From IMG/VR virus record IMGVR_UViG_3300028586_000003, positions 738 to 64,737 of that record: a DNA stretch of 64,000 nt; one strand, given 5' to 3'. Positions within the stretch are counted from its first letter, which is position 1, and the number at the start of each line of letters is the position of its first letter. This document shows positions 29,040 through 38,314 of this stretch, piece after piece. The position numbers and the translations under genes were made by a program. The stretch comes from a virus. Lineage: Duplodnaviria > Caudoviricetes. The notes below the pieces were generated by a model. The model worked only from the letters and a program-made list of their open reading frames with translations. It did not search any database and was not told the origin of the DNA.

Positions 29040-30128
29040 ATGCCGACGACCATCACCTATGACAACCAGTATCCGACGACGATCGTCATCGGCATCGGGC
29101 AGTACGACAACGGCGCGGTGCAGATCGAGGTGCAGTACGGCGAGCACCTCGATCGTGGCATCTGTCCCCTCGTACAGTTTCAGATTGCCGGTCAGCTTGT
29201 GCTCAACGGGATGAACCAAACGGGTCGCTACAGGATCCGAGCGCGGTCCGTCTTTGCTAACGGTGATCGAGGGAAGTGGAGCAACATCCTCAACGTCTTC
29301 ACCCCGTCCGTTCAAGCTCGCGACCTCTCGCCCGCCAACATCATGATCCAGCCGGCGATGATCGTGATCCCCGAGCGGGTCGAGTGGTCCTGCCCATCTC
29401 CGGAGGCTGGGCACCCGGCTCGCCTGCTCTCGATCGATGCTCCCACCGCGGCGCTCTGGATCCGTCAGAACGGCGACGGCTATGTTATGGAGTGCGAGAC
29501 GGCATCGTTGCCCATCGACACGGTCGCGCTACTGGCGACCAATGCCAGTGAGGAATGCACGGTCACAATTAGCGCTGGCGGGAGTTGGGACAACGCTCGA
29601 AGCGCCAACCCCGACTTCCGCTATGGGCCAGTGCCCTTCCGAGCTTCCGCTAACCTCGACCAGCGGCCCGGGTATCACGGCCTGTTCCGTCTCCCCGCGG
29701 CTCCGATCAAGCGGTACTGGCGCATCGTCGTGAAGGGTCAGACGCCCGGCAACTTGATGGTCGTCACCTACGCGGTGATGGGCCTCGCAATGGTGACCCG
29801 GAACATCGCGACCAATTCGTTGAACGAAGTCCCGTTGGACCGGTCGACGCTGGAGCGCGATCGCTTCGGATCACCGGACCGTATGCGCGGCGAGCGCGGC
29901 CGCACGGTCGACTTCGAACTGCAGAACCTGCGCGAGGGCGAGGCGGAGACCTACCGCCGCCTGTTCTCCGCCATCGGGACGACGTCGCCAGCGCTGGTGG
30001 TGCCCAACACAAAGGCGGGTGCGTTCCTGCACGACCGGATCCTGTTCGGGGAGGTGACGAAACAGTCGTTCCTCAACAAGGCGTCGCCGCTCTACGATCG
30101 CAGCTTCACGGTGCAATCTCTGATTTGA
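29040..30128 (+). CDS. Tail protein with FN3-like N-terminal domain
   Basis: YRIRARSVFANGDRGKWS motif; last gene of tail block. Confidence 0.5.
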   Translation: MPTTITYDNQYPTTIVIGIGQYDNGAVQIEVQYGEHLDRGICPLVQFQIAGQLVLNGMNQTGRYRIRARSVFANGDRGKWSNILNVFTPSVQARDLSPANIMIQPAMIVIPERVEWSCPSPEAGHPARLLSIDAPTAALWIRQNGDGYVMECETASLPIDTVALLATNASEECTVTISAGGSWDNARSANPDFRYGPVPFRASANLDQRPGYHGLFRLPAAPIKRYWRIVVKGQTPGNLMVVTYAVMGLAMVTRNIATNSLNEVPLDRSTLERDRFGSPDRMRGERGRTVDFELQNLREGEAETYRRLFSAIGTTSPALVVPNTKAGAFLHDRILFGEVTKQSFLNKASPLYDRSFTVQSLI

Positions 30129-30214
30129 GTGAGACGTGGTGCGCAACGCATCGAAAACGCAACACGAAACGATCGGCAGTGGCGCGCAACACCTAAACTT
30201 CGTATCGGTTCCCG

Positions 30215-30243
30215 GCGGGGTGCGATCCTCGCGCCCTGCTTTT
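30215..30243 (+). terminator. Rho-independent terminator before lysis cassette
   Basis: GCGGGGTGCG/CGCGCCCTGC stem plus TTTT. Confidence 0.7.
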
Positions 30244-30259
30244 ACGGAGGCGATTAGGC

Positions 30260-30511
30260 ATGGATGCAAAGGCTACGGCAACGGGGATCGCGGAAGCGCT
30301 AGCCGATGTTCACACCGCGATCGACGAGTCTGATCGCGACGCGGTAATCGAGGCGGCGACAGTTCTACATAAGCGCATGCGAGCCGGGCTCTATCGTCAC
30401 GGCGAAGCGTTGGGCCTATCGTCGGAGGACATTGCCGAGATCGACAACCTGGGCCCGCAGCGTCGCGGCGGCGAGCCGAAGGAACAGATGCCAACGGCCG
30501 GAGGCGAGTAA
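30260..30511 (+). CDS. Hypothetical protein
   Basis: GGAGG RBS, 83 aa. Confidence 0.6.
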   Translation: MDAKATATGIAEALADVHTAIDESDRDAVIEAATVLHKRMRAGLYRHGEALGLSSEDIAEIDNLGPQRRGGEPKEQMPTAGGE

Positions 30512-30512
30512 G

Positions 30513-31028
30513 ATGACGGCAGCATGGATCCTCGAGGCGGTTGCCTACGCCATGATGGCGATGGCGGTGATCGCCGTGAACCGTCACCGGTCGGCAACGC
30601 GCCTCGCAGGGGCCATGCTGCTGATCTTCACACTGGTATCGTCGGCGTCCTTCTTCGCGGGCCTGCCCTTCCACCTCCGGGTACTGCGAGAACTATTCCT
30701 CATCGCGCCTACCGCGGGCCTATTCGCCTACCTATTCTCGATTGGCGACGGCAACCGCTGCTACCGTTGGGCGCTTGTCATCTGTCTGTTCGACGTCGCG
30801 TTTTGCGGCGCGACCTTCCTTCACGGTTCGACCGAGCTTGGCATCCGGTCGCTCTTCGGTTGGGTGGTCAACGGCTGTTTCATTGGGCTTTGCGGATGCG
30901 TCTCGGCGCCAGGGATACGGGATGCTTATCGCGATTGGATTGCTTCTATCGACAGCGCTAGGCGTCTGGTTGGTTCGGATCCTGATATGGACTGGGCAAT
31001 CCGCACGCTCGATCGGTCGGACTGGTGA
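30513..31028 (+). CDS. Multi-pass membrane protein
   Basis: About 5 hydrophobic segments. Confidence 0.65.
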   Translation: MTAAWILEAVAYAMMAMAVIAVNRHRSATRLAGAMLLIFTLVSSASFFAGLPFHLRVLRELFLIAPTAGLFAYLFSIGDGNRCYRWALVICLFDVAFCGATFLHGSTELGIRSLFGWVVNGCFIGLCGCVSAPGIRDAYRDWIASIDSARRLVGSDPDMDWAIRTLDRSDW

Positions 31029-31570
31029 ACGTAGACCTCCCCCGCCAGGCCGTTGACGCGATCTCGAGCCCGTATCCCGGCAGCTTCGACGGATCGACGG
31101 TGCAGTTTCAGTTGGCGTTGTTCTCCCTGATGACGATCTCTGTCGTCGGAAGCATGCTCTTCGGGTGGATGTGCTCCGAGATCTGGCAGGGCCGAAAGGA
31201 GTCGTATCCGTACGAACCGCTGTTCGCGATGCGTATGGTATTCCTGCTCGCATCTCTGGCGGCCGTGATCGGCTCGGCTCCGGAGGTCGCAGTGATGATA
31301 ACGTGGAAAGAGAACCCGGCTCTGGCGGCGTCCTTCATGGTCATCAAACGCTGGATCGACTCGTTTCGCGTGGTCCCTGCGCTCGGCTGGATCGGTATAG
31401 TCTTCGTGTTCTACCCTGCGATCTGCATGGGCATGGTCCGCATCGCCGCGCTCGACGGCATGCCTGTATCCAGCCCCAAAAAGATACGCGCCCGGATGAC
31501 GAAGCTATTCCGGGTCACTACGATGATCTTCGCGGTGACCCTGTGCATCGCGTTGGGGAAGCGGTGGTAG
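31025..31570 (+). CDS. Multi-pass membrane protein
   Basis: About 4 hydrophobic segments. Confidence 0.65.
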   Translation: MNVDLPRQAVDAISSPYPGSFDGSTVQFQLALFSLMTISVVGSMLFGWMCSEIWQGRKESYPYEPLFAMRMVFLLASLAAVIGSAPEVAVMITWKENPALAASFMVIKRWIDSFRVVPALGWIGIVFVFYPAICMGMVRIAALDGMPVSSPKKIRARMTKLFRVTTMIFAVTLCIALGKRW

Positions 31571-31571
31571 A

Positions 31572-32009
31572 ATGTATGGGGCAAAGATCTACGGAGCCGC
31601 ATCGACAGTTGTAGGAATGACGACCTTGGCGCCGGTGGTTGCGCAGAAGGACGCCGTAGCTCCGACCGTAATCCCCTTCATCGGCCCGGTCCCCGTCTTC
31701 GCGGTGGCCGTTGGTTTCTTCACGGTCCTTCTGGTCCGTGAGATCACGCGCGCGAGCGATAAGTATAAGCTCTGGCGCTACAACGCGGCCGTCACCGGGC
31801 TCGCGATCGTCGGCGCTGTCACCTTCATCATCGATCACCAGGTCGGTGCAGGCAACGCGTTCTGGGTCGGCGGCAGCTTCGGCGCGGCCGGTGCTGGCAC
31901 GGTGTCCATCATGCGATCCAAGATCTTCATGGCGATCATCGACGGCATCAAGGGCGGCTTCCTGAAAGGCATGACGCCACCGAATGACGGCGGCGCGAAA
32001 AGCGAGTAG
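31572..32009 (+). CDS. Holin-like membrane protein
   Basis: 145 aa, 3 hydrophobic segments, upstream of endolysin. Confidence 0.5.
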   Translation: MYGAKIYGAASTVVGMTTLAPVVAQKDAVAPTVIPFIGPVPVFAVAVGFFTVLLVREITRASDKYKLWRYNAAVTGLAIVGAVTFIIDHQVGAGNAFWVGGSFGAAGAGTVSIMRSKIFMAIIDGIKGGFLKGMTPPNDGGAKSE

Positions 32010-32037
32010 CAATCGGCCTCCAACAACGGAGGCCATC

Positions 32038-33069
32038 ATGCCGACTCCAATCGAACCGACGGCGAACAACACGCCGAAATATGTTGTCGACGACAGCCCA
32101 CTAAAGGCTTCCCTCATCACCGTGATGTCGCTGATGTTCTTCGGCATCATGCTCGCCGGTGCCGTGCTCCGCCTCGCCAGTGCTCACGATCTCAACGGGA
32201 TCCGAGCGCTGATGATGAAGGACGATACGATCGGGTGGGCTATCACGTTCTGGACAGTCGTCGGTGCGCCGGCTTGGCTGTGGATCCGGTCGAAGCGGTC
32301 GTGGTTCAAGAAGACGAGGGACGTCGAGATCGCTGACGCCTCGCCGATTGCGACACTGAAGAGCCAGGTCGTCGCCGAGTCTTCGTTCCCGGCGCCCCCT
32401 CCTACGCGCGCGCGCGAAATGACAACGCGTCTCGTAGATCCGATCATCCTGCACCGCGGCGGCGTGCTCGCTCCACGCGCGCCGGAGCCGGAGGTCATCA
32501 TCACGCACGACGCGGGTGACCCGGCTTCCGCACAGTTGGAAAATCTGACGCGTATCAAGGCCGGAATGCAGGAGGCTCTCGACGACGATTCGCGCAAGCG
32601 CATGGCGGATACAGCGGTTCGCGCCTTGAACCCGTCGACTCCGCTTTCGGCCGTCGACTTCCTCGAGACAACGACGCGCAAGGTTGAGTTCGACAAGCCG
32701 ACGGTCGTCACCAGCCGGCACCTCGACCAGTTCCTGCATGGATTGCCCGTCGACGGCGCGGCCGACGTCCCGAAGGAATTCAGTCTGCCCGGATCGACGA
32801 CGATGACGGCCTACGCCACGAACCTCGAGCCGCTCCCGGCGCCCGCGCCGAGCGAAGCGCTGGTGGTGCCAGCACCTGATCCTGCACCGACGTCGCCTGC
32901 CCTACCCGTGCCGCCGCGTCAGACGTTCGACCAGGTAGAGCACGAGTATGCGACCAGCGGCTCGCAGGATTCGTTCCTGGACTATCTCGGCGCAAAGGGC
33001 TGGCGATGGGACCAGGGCAAGCGGGCGTGGGTAGGACCGGGCACCCCGCCGCCGGCCGATGAGGACTAG
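32038..33069 (+). CDS. Membrane protein with two N-terminal TM segments and long Pro-rich tail
   Basis: GGAGG RBS before 32038; hydrophobicity pattern. Confidence 0.6.
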   Translation: MPTPIEPTANNTPKYVVDDSPLKASLITVMSLMFFGIMLAGAVLRLASAHDLNGIRALMMKDDTIGWAITFWTVVGAPAWLWIRSKRSWFKKTRDVEIADASPIATLKSQVVAESSFPAPPPTRAREMTTRLVDPIILHRGGVLAPRAPEPEVIITHDAGDPASAQLENLTRIKAGMQEALDDDSRKRMADTAVRALNPSTPLSAVDFLETTTRKVEFDKPTVVTSRHLDQFLHGLPVDGAADVPKEFSLPGSTTMTAYATNLEPLPAPAPSEALVVPAPDPAPTSPALPVPPRQTFDQVEHEYATSGSQDSFLDYLGAKGWRWDQGKRAWVGPGTPPPADED

Positions 33070-33071
33070 CT

Positions 33072-33254
33072 ATGGCTTGGGGACAGAAGAATCCGAACAA
33101 CACGCCGGAGTTCGAAGAGATGCACCGGCAGTGGCAAGCGGCCGGTGAGCCGGAAAGCTTCAAGCAATTCCTGATCGACGGCGGCTGGAAATATGTCGAC
33201 GGGCGATGGGAACATCCGAACGGCACGCCCGCCGTGACACCTCGAGGAGAGTAA
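33072..33254 (+). CDS. Small hypothetical protein
   Basis: SFKQFLIDGGWKYVDGRW resembles the upstream C-terminus SFLDYLGAKGWRWDQG. Confidence 0.5.
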   Translation: MAWGQKNPNNTPEFEEMHRQWQAAGEPESFKQFLIDGGWKYVDGRWEHPNGTPAVTPRGE

Positions 33255-33255
33255 G

Positions 33256-33759
33256 ATGACGTTCATTCTAGGTAGCCGCTCGCTTGCCGAGCTAAAGGGG
33301 GTCCATCCGGATCTCATCGAACTGGCGCAGGCGACGATCGCGTTCTCGCCCGTGGACTTCGCAGTGCATGACGGCCTGCGCACCGAAGCCGAGCAGCGCG
33401 CGTACGTGAAGAGCGGCGTGTCGCAGACGATGGACTCGAAGCATCGTGAGCAGAGCGACGGGCTCGGTCACGCGATGGATCTCGTGCCCTACATCAACGG
33501 CAAGCTCCGGTGGGAGTGGGATCCGATCTACGAGATCGCCGCCGCACTCGGCCGCGCACTCATCAAGATCAACGCCGAGCGCGAGATCACGAGGAAGAAG
33601 CCGCTGAAGATCCGGTGGGGCGGATGCTGGCGCGACATCTCCGAGATCACGCCGGCGGCGGCGTCGATGGAAAAGGCAGTCGCGGATTACGGGGCCGCAC
33701 GTCGCAAGGCGGGCAAGAAGGCATTCACCGACGGCCCTCACTTCGAGATCTTGGAATAG
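33256..33759 (+). CDS. Endolysin, M15 family (L-Ala-D-Glu peptidase-like)
   Basis: GVHPDL, DGLRTEAEQ, SKH...GHAMDL, DGPHFE zinc motifs. Confidence 0.9.
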   Translation: MTFILGSRSLAELKGVHPDLIELAQATIAFSPVDFAVHDGLRTEAEQRAYVKSGVSQTMDSKHREQSDGLGHAMDLVPYINGKLRWEWDPIYEIAAALGRALIKINAEREITRKKPLKIRWGGCWRDISEITPAAASMEKAVADYGAARRKAGKKAFTDGPHFEILE

Positions 33760-33781
33760 CCAGCGGCGCGGCGGCGTGTCA

Positions 33782-33818
33782 CTATCGAGTTGTACGAACG
33801 CATCGTACGACTCGATAG
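33782..33818 (+). promoter_or_regulatory. 16-bp hairpin overlapping RBS of lipoprotein gene
   Basis: CTATCGAGTTGTACGA/TCGTACGACTCGATAG; SD AGGAG at 33817-33821. Confidence 0.6.
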
Positions 33819-33827
33819 GAGACATCC

Positions 33828-34256
33828 ATGCGCAGATTTCTAGGCGCCTTCAGCCTGATCGCAGTTGCCACTCTCGCGGCCTGCGGTCCATCCGGCGGGA
33901 TCGCGACGGCTTCCACATTGCCGGTCAATTCCTCGCCATCCCCCACATTGTCGAACCCGGTCACCGCCTCCGATATCACGACGGTCTCGGGTAGCGTGGT
34001 CGTCAAGGCCGATGCCGCGGTCTCGATCGCCGAGAAAGCCTACACGGCGGCGCGCGAAGTCGCGAAGGTCGGCATCGACAGCGGCCTCATCAACGGCCCG
34101 GCGGTCATCTTGCTGAAGGAACTGGACGAACGCGCCTCGACGGCGCTGTTCTTCGCACGAACGGCCACCACGCGAGCCGAGCAGGCGCAGGCCGCGGCGA
34201 AGCTCCTGACCATCGTGACGAAGATCCAGGCGGCGGCTCCAGCCCCCGCACCCTGA
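33828..34256 (+). CDS. Lipoprotein, spanin-like
   Basis: Lipobox LAAC; directly after endolysin. Confidence 0.65.
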   Translation: MRRFLGAFSLIAVATLAACGPSGGIATASTLPVNSSPSPTLSNPVTASDITTVSGSVVVKADAAVSIAEKAYTAAREVAKVGIDSGLINGPAVILLKELDERASTALFFARTATTRAEQAQAAAKLLTIVTKIQAAAPAPAP

Positions 34257-34287
34257 CCATCTTCCCGACGTCGGGAGATAGGTACAG

Positions 34288-34327
34288 AAAAGGGCCCGGT
34301 GGATCTCTCCCCCGGGCCCTTCCTTTT
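34288..34327. terminator. Bidirectional terminator between convergent operons
   Basis: AAAAGGGCCCGG/CCGGGCCCTTCCTTTT. Confidence 0.8.
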
Positions 34328-34408
34328 GCGGGTCGCACCGCATCGTCAAGACGACACAGAGGCCATCGACCGCGCTGCATCTATGGCAGTGCGGCGGCCT
34401 CTCCGCAA

Positions 34409-34648
34409 TCAGTTCAAGCGCTTCATCTCCGGCTGATGTTCGATGGCGCTTGAGCCCTCCACGATCGGCCCGCCGACTGCTCGATCGTACGGGGTGGCGG
34501 TATAGATCACCTGCCCATTCGCCGGATCGTCACGCTGATGCAGGCGAATGTGCTTCGCCTGGTCGATCATGCGCAGCGGAACCCGGATCTCACCGCCGGC
34601 GGCGAGCACGAGGACGGCGGCCATGCGGGACACGCGATCGTCACCCAC
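34409..34648 (-). CDS. Hypothetical protein
   Basis: Last ORF of coupled minus-strand operon. Confidence 0.5.
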   Translation of the reverse strand: MGDDRVSRMAAVLVLAAGGEIRVPLRMIDQAKHIRLHQRDDPANGQVIYTATPYDRAVGGPIVEGSSAIEHQPEMKRLN

Positions 34649-34874
34649 TGACCGACATCCTCGACGGCGTATCGAAGAAGTATGAGAGCATCCCCGGCGG
34701 GTGGGCCCTCTTCCACGCGCGACGCGTCCCCTTCCGTCCCTTCGCCTTGGACGGCACGCGGTTGAGGTTCATGTAGACGCTGAAGGACGACACACGCACG
34801 AACTCGCCGTCGGCGTTGCGGATGTTATACACCTCATCGCGCGGGCGCAGGTGCCGGTAGGTTGCCTTATTCAT
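34641..34874 (-). CDS. Hypothetical protein
   Basis: Overlap-coupled ORF. Confidence 0.5.
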   Translation of the reverse strand: MNKATYRHLRPRDEVYNIRNADGEFVRVSSFSVYMNLNRVPSKAKGRKGTRRAWKRAHPPGMLSYFFDTPSRMSVSG

Positions 34875-35296
34875 CGTTTGAACTCCTCTCTAAACAGTCT
34901 CAATCCGCGCTTGCGCTTCCGCCTGTCAGGCGACTGCAGCAAATGGATCAGGCGCAGGATCCGCTCTTGCGTCATGCCCACGGCGTCGCGCGTGACGCGC
35001 AGCGCGGGGAGGTCGCTTCCGCTATCCGGCGGCAACAGGATCCTCATCGTCATGCGCGAGTTGGTGACGATCAACGGAGGACTGTAGAGTTCCAGATAAG
35101 AGCGGCCCTGCCTGCGACCTGCTCGGCTTACGATCTGCTCACCGAAGCCCAACCTGTCGAAGTGATAGGGAGGATCCATAACTACCGGGCTCGGGTTAGA
35201 GCCGTAATACTTATCCACGAACTCGGCGACGCTGGTCGTGCGTGCGCGAACCATCACCGGATTGTTGTCGTCATCCATCGGAACGGCTCCGAGCAA
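34871..35296 (-). CDS. Hypothetical protein, possible C-terminal HTH
   Basis: DAVGMTQERILRLI resembles a sigma region-4-type HTH; weak. Confidence 0.4.
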   Translation of the reverse strand: MLGAVPMDDDNNPVMVRARTTSVAEFVDKYYGSNPSPVVMDPPYHFDRLGFGEQIVSRAGRRQGRSYLELYSPPLIVTNSRMTMRILLPPDSGSDLPALRVTRDAVGMTQERILRLIHLLQSPDRRKRKRGLRLFREEFKR

Positions 35297-35783
35297 CGGC
35301 GCGCAGCTTGACCGTGAACTGGTGGCCGTACACCGCTTGAATGTGCCCGTTTATGCTCCGCGGATACGACTCGAGTCCGTCTATCACCCACCGGATCCCG
35401 CGGAACGACACCAACTCGCGGTGCCGCCACCTGCCATCCATCGCGTCAGCCAAACTCTCGGTCATCTCGAAAGCAATGAGGTCGACGTCGGCGGTGCGCT
35501 CCACCTCATACATCTTGTCGGCGCGCTTGTGATCGCTGGTGTCGCGGAACCCGCGCACGTTCTCTTCGGGGATCATCCACAGTTCTTCGCCAGTAGCGAC
35601 GCGGAACACGCTCCCCAACTCGGCGATGAGTGCCCGCTGTGTATCGTGAAGCTGCTTGGTCAGCCTCTTCGCTTCCTCTGTGACGGCGGCGAGCAGGGAC
35701 GTTGCATTCTTCGTCGCCTCGACAGCGATAGAATACCGCTCCTGTAGTTTGCGGCGCTGGTTGCGCCCGAATCGTTTGCTCAT
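35271..35783 (-). CDS. Hypothetical protein
   Basis: MSKRFGRNQRRK start. Confidence 0.55.
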   Translation of the reverse strand: MSKRFGRNQRRKLQERYSIAVEATKNATSLLAAVTEEAKRLTKQLHDTQRALIAELGSVFRVATGEELWMIPEENVRGFRDTSDHKRADKMYEVERTADVDLIAFEMTESLADAMDGRWRHRELVSFRGIRWVIDGLESYPRSINGHIQAVYGHQFTVKLRAVARSRSDG

Positions 35784-35799
35784 GGTCGATGGCCTTTGG

Positions 35800-36222
35800 T
35801 TAGCGCCGGCGTGGCCGGCGGCGGTGGTTTTTGGTCGGATCATGCTTCAGGTAATCCCGCTCGCGCGGCGGCCCGGAAGCAACCAGCTTCGGATAGAACA
35901 TTTCGTCATGCAGCATTGCGCTTGCGGGCCCGAGATCTAGCGACTTCGTGCTGACGTAGACGACGCCGATGCCTGCCTCCTGCGCCAGGCGAAGAAGCTC
36001 ATCAACGTCGACGACATCCTCACCCATCCGAATAAGCCGGTAGATGAGTTGCTCGCGCTCGGTGAGCGTGTCCCAATACTCATCCGCCCACTCATTGAAG
36101 CGGCGCTGGATCTCCTGCCCGATAGGAACGATCATCGTCGACGGCGGCAAGCCTGTTTGCGTTTGCGTCCATCCGCACGCTGTCAGCATCCGGCGGATGT
36201 TCGGGTGCTCCACTTCAGCCAT
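35800..36222 (-). CDS. Hypothetical protein
   Basis: 3' part of the 35800..36555 frame starting MAEVEHP. Confidence 0.5.
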   Translation of the reverse strand: MAEVEHPNIRRMLTACGWTQTQTGLPPSTMIVPIGQEIQRRFNEWADEYWDTLTEREQLIYRLIRMGEDVVDVDELLRLAQEAGIGVVYVSTKSLDLGPASAMLHDEMFYPKLVASGPPRERDYLKHDPTKNHRRRPRRR

Positions 36223-36574
36223 CGGCGCGCGCCATCTCATAAGGACAGCCAGGGCCGTGCATCCGTTCGGCCATGCTCCCGCCGCACACGATGCAGACGC
36301 CGACCTGTGCCTCTGTCGGCCGGACGGCCATCCGCATGCGCGACCGCTGGAGGTGACCGGTGACCGGGTTGATCTCGGTACGCATGCCGCACTTGATGTC
36401 CTCGCCAGCGATGCCGGAGCCGCCGTACGATCCGGGCTCGGAGTTGAGCATCTGGTCGACGGCCTCGATCCAGCCCGCGCGCTTGCCCTGCGCGTGACCG
36501 TGGCGGAACGCCTCGAATGAGATGACGAAGCCCACAACGACGGCAACGATCGCACTCCCGATATAATGCAGCAT
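36215..36574 (-). CDS. Membrane-anchored protein with C-terminal CxxC
   Basis: N-terminal TM segment; CIVCGG...HGPGC. Confidence 0.5.
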   Translation of the reverse strand: MLHYIGSAIVAVVVGFVISFEAFRHGHAQGKRAGWIEAVDQMLNSEPGSYGGSGIAGEDIKCGMRTEINPVTGHLQRSRMRMAVRPTEAQVGVCIVCGGSMAERMHGPGCPYEMARADG

Positions 36575-36822
36575 CAGATCTCTCCTCTTTGATTTTCCAG
36601 AACGTAGGCCAGTGCGGCGGCCTGCGCATGCGCCCGACACAACACGCGGCCGTCGACGGTGAAGTCCCCGCGGTGCCCGCACTGGTCGACGGGGTGGCCC
36701 TTGCGCTTCGCCACGTAGGCTCGGCGTTGAGCTGTCCCCGTCTTCATGCCTGCGGCGACGCGCACGGTCTCGACACAGAGCGCGCGGTAAGCACCGATCT
36801 CCTTCAGCGGATCGATCTTCAT
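36574..36822 (-). CDS. Small zinc-finger-like protein
   Basis: C...C...H pattern; coupled. Confidence 0.5.
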   Translation of the reverse strand: MKIDPLKEIGAYRALCVETVRVAAGMKTGTAQRRAYVAKRKGHPVDQCGHRGDFTVDGRVLCRAHAQAAALAYVLENQRGEI

Positions 36823-37346
36823 GACTTCCTCCGTTTCTCGCGTTCCAGTTGGGGCAGTTTGCCGGTGCTTTCGAAGCGCTTCTGATCCGCCTTCACCAGA
36901 TCGTTGATGAGGCGCACCCGCTCGGGCTTGCGGACGCGGCCGGAGATCATCAGCGCCCTGTAATCCGCGCGATACTCCAGAGGGATATGCGCGAGCGTCG
37001 TTGCCGTGACCTTCTGACCAGCGAGCTTGCGCGACTCCGATCCCTTCACGCTCCCCCCGTATTTCTGGCCTACGCGGCGCATGTGCTCCCGATTGCGCGC
37101 CGTGAACTCTTCGTTAGCCGCAAGCTTTCGGCCGGCGGCGGCACACGACGGCGCGCGCAGTGCCTTCCACTGGGGATCCGCGTGCTTCTCGGTCATGGCC
37201 TTCGACAGCTTCGCGTTGCGCGCCGGATCCTGCGCGAACAGTGCGGACGCGTGCTGGCGACACAGGGTCGTCTTGCGCCGTGGATCGATCGCATAGGTCC
37301 GCTCGCACCCATCCTCGGTGCAGGGAGCACGGGCGCCGCGCGTCAT
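36819..37346 (-). CDS. Basic hypothetical protein with N-terminal Cys/His motif
   Basis: CTEDGC...LCRQH. Confidence 0.5.
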   Translation of the reverse strand: MTRGARAPCTEDGCERTYAIDPRRKTTLCRQHASALFAQDPARNAKLSKAMTEKHADPQWKALRAPSCAAAGRKLAANEEFTARNREHMRRVGQKYGGSVKGSESRKLAGQKVTATTLAHIPLEYRADYRALMISGRVRKPERVRLINDLVKADQKRFESTGKLPQLEREKRRKS

Positions 37347-37693
37347 CCTTCGCTCCGCTTCGACAGGGTACGCGACAGCAGGTCGTCGGCGTCCTTCACC
37401 ATCTGGTTCGCGGTCTCGAGCATGGCTTCCCCGAGCGCGCGCAGTTCGTCCGCGTTGGGCGCGAACACAAGCGCCGTCGCACCGAAGGCGTAATCGATCC
37501 GGATCGTCGGCTGGTACTCCGCACTGCCCTCCGTACGCATGGAGCCGAGCGTGAGCGCCGATGCGGGATGCACCATACGCGGGCGGCCTTCGTCCATGAT
37601 CCAGTGACGCGCGAACATCAGGCGGTCGTCACCTGGTTGCGAGCGCACCTCACGGAAGTTGGGCGTGTTCTGGTTGGGGATGAAGTCGGGCAT
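37343..37693 (-). CDS. Hypothetical protein
   Basis: Coupled ORF. Confidence 0.5.
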   Translation of the reverse strand: MPDFIPNQNTPNFREVRSQPGDDRLMFARHWIMDEGRPRMVHPASALTLGSMRTEGSAEYQPTIRIDYAFGATALVFAPNADELRALGEAMLETANQMVKDADDLLSRTLSKRSEG

Positions 37694-37956
37694 CAGATCG
37701 ATCCTTCCGCAAATGCCGGGTCAGCAGCTTCAGCTTCGCGATATGCTTCGGTCGCGGCTGCAAGCGACGCCTCCATTTCGTTGCGAGCCCGGCGCATCGT
37801 CCGATTGTATGCCGCCTGCGCCCGCTCGGACTGTCCTTCGAAGCGGCGTTGCGCCCGCTTCACCGATGCCACCCGCCGCGCTTCGGCAATCCGCTGGTAT
37901 TCGCTCATCGCCTGCCAGCACTGCGCATCGAAGCCCTTCGGCTTACGCGCGGCCAT
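37693..37956 (-). CDS. Coiled-coil hypothetical protein
   Basis: MAARKPKGF start, TGATG coupling. Confidence 0.5.
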   Translation of the reverse strand: MAARKPKGFDAQCWQAMSEYQRIAEARRVASVKRAQRRFEGQSERAQAAYNRTMRRARNEMEASLAAATEAYREAEAADPAFAEGSI

Positions 37957-38156
37957 CACGCGTCCCCTGTGTAGACCGCCACCGCGAGCGCGATGCCGGA
38001 GAGGAACGCGAGCAAGCTCACAACGGTCACCAGAATAATGACGGGCAGCCCCGGCGCATCGGGCGCGATCGTCACGCCCAAGATCCCGAGCAGGGAGATG
38101 AGGAAGCAAAACGTATATTTGACCATCAGGAAGAGGATCTTGCCGAGCCTGCTCAT
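37956..38156 (-). CDS. Small two-TM membrane protein
   Basis: MSRLGKILFLMVKY...; hydrophobic. Confidence 0.55.
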   Translation of the reverse strand: MSRLGKILFLMVKYTFCFLISLLGILGVTIAPDAPGLPVIILVTVVSLLAFLSGIALAVAVYTGDA

Positions 38157-38314
38157 CAGTACCCACTCCCGAAGTTGTTGAGCCCCTCCAGGACGAACCG
38201 GAGCACGGAGAGCAGCGGCCGCGCCCAGAGGGGGAAGGTGAAGAAGAACAGCATCGTCGACACGGCCCACCAGCGCGCACCGCCAGCGACGACAGCAGAG
38301 ATAGACTTGCTCAC
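38156..38314 (-). CDS. Small membrane protein (52 aa, not in ORF track)
   Basis: MSKSISAVVAGGARWWAVSTMLFFFTFPLWARPLLSVLRFVLEGLNNFGSGY; coupled at both ends. Confidence 0.5.
   Translation of the reverse strand: MSKSISAVVAGGARWWAVSTMLFFFTFPLWARPLLSVLRFVLEGLNNFGSGY

Noticed and set aside
30140-30225. Resemblance to a c-di-GMP-I riboswitch (GCAA, GAAA, CCTAAA, GCGGGG words)
   Set aside because: The 5' strand of the second stem is missing and the tetraloop/receptor geometry does not fit
38150-38200. CTGATGAG on the minus strand as a fourth hammerhead
   Set aside because: It is a TGATG gene junction with no GAAAC, GUC or stems
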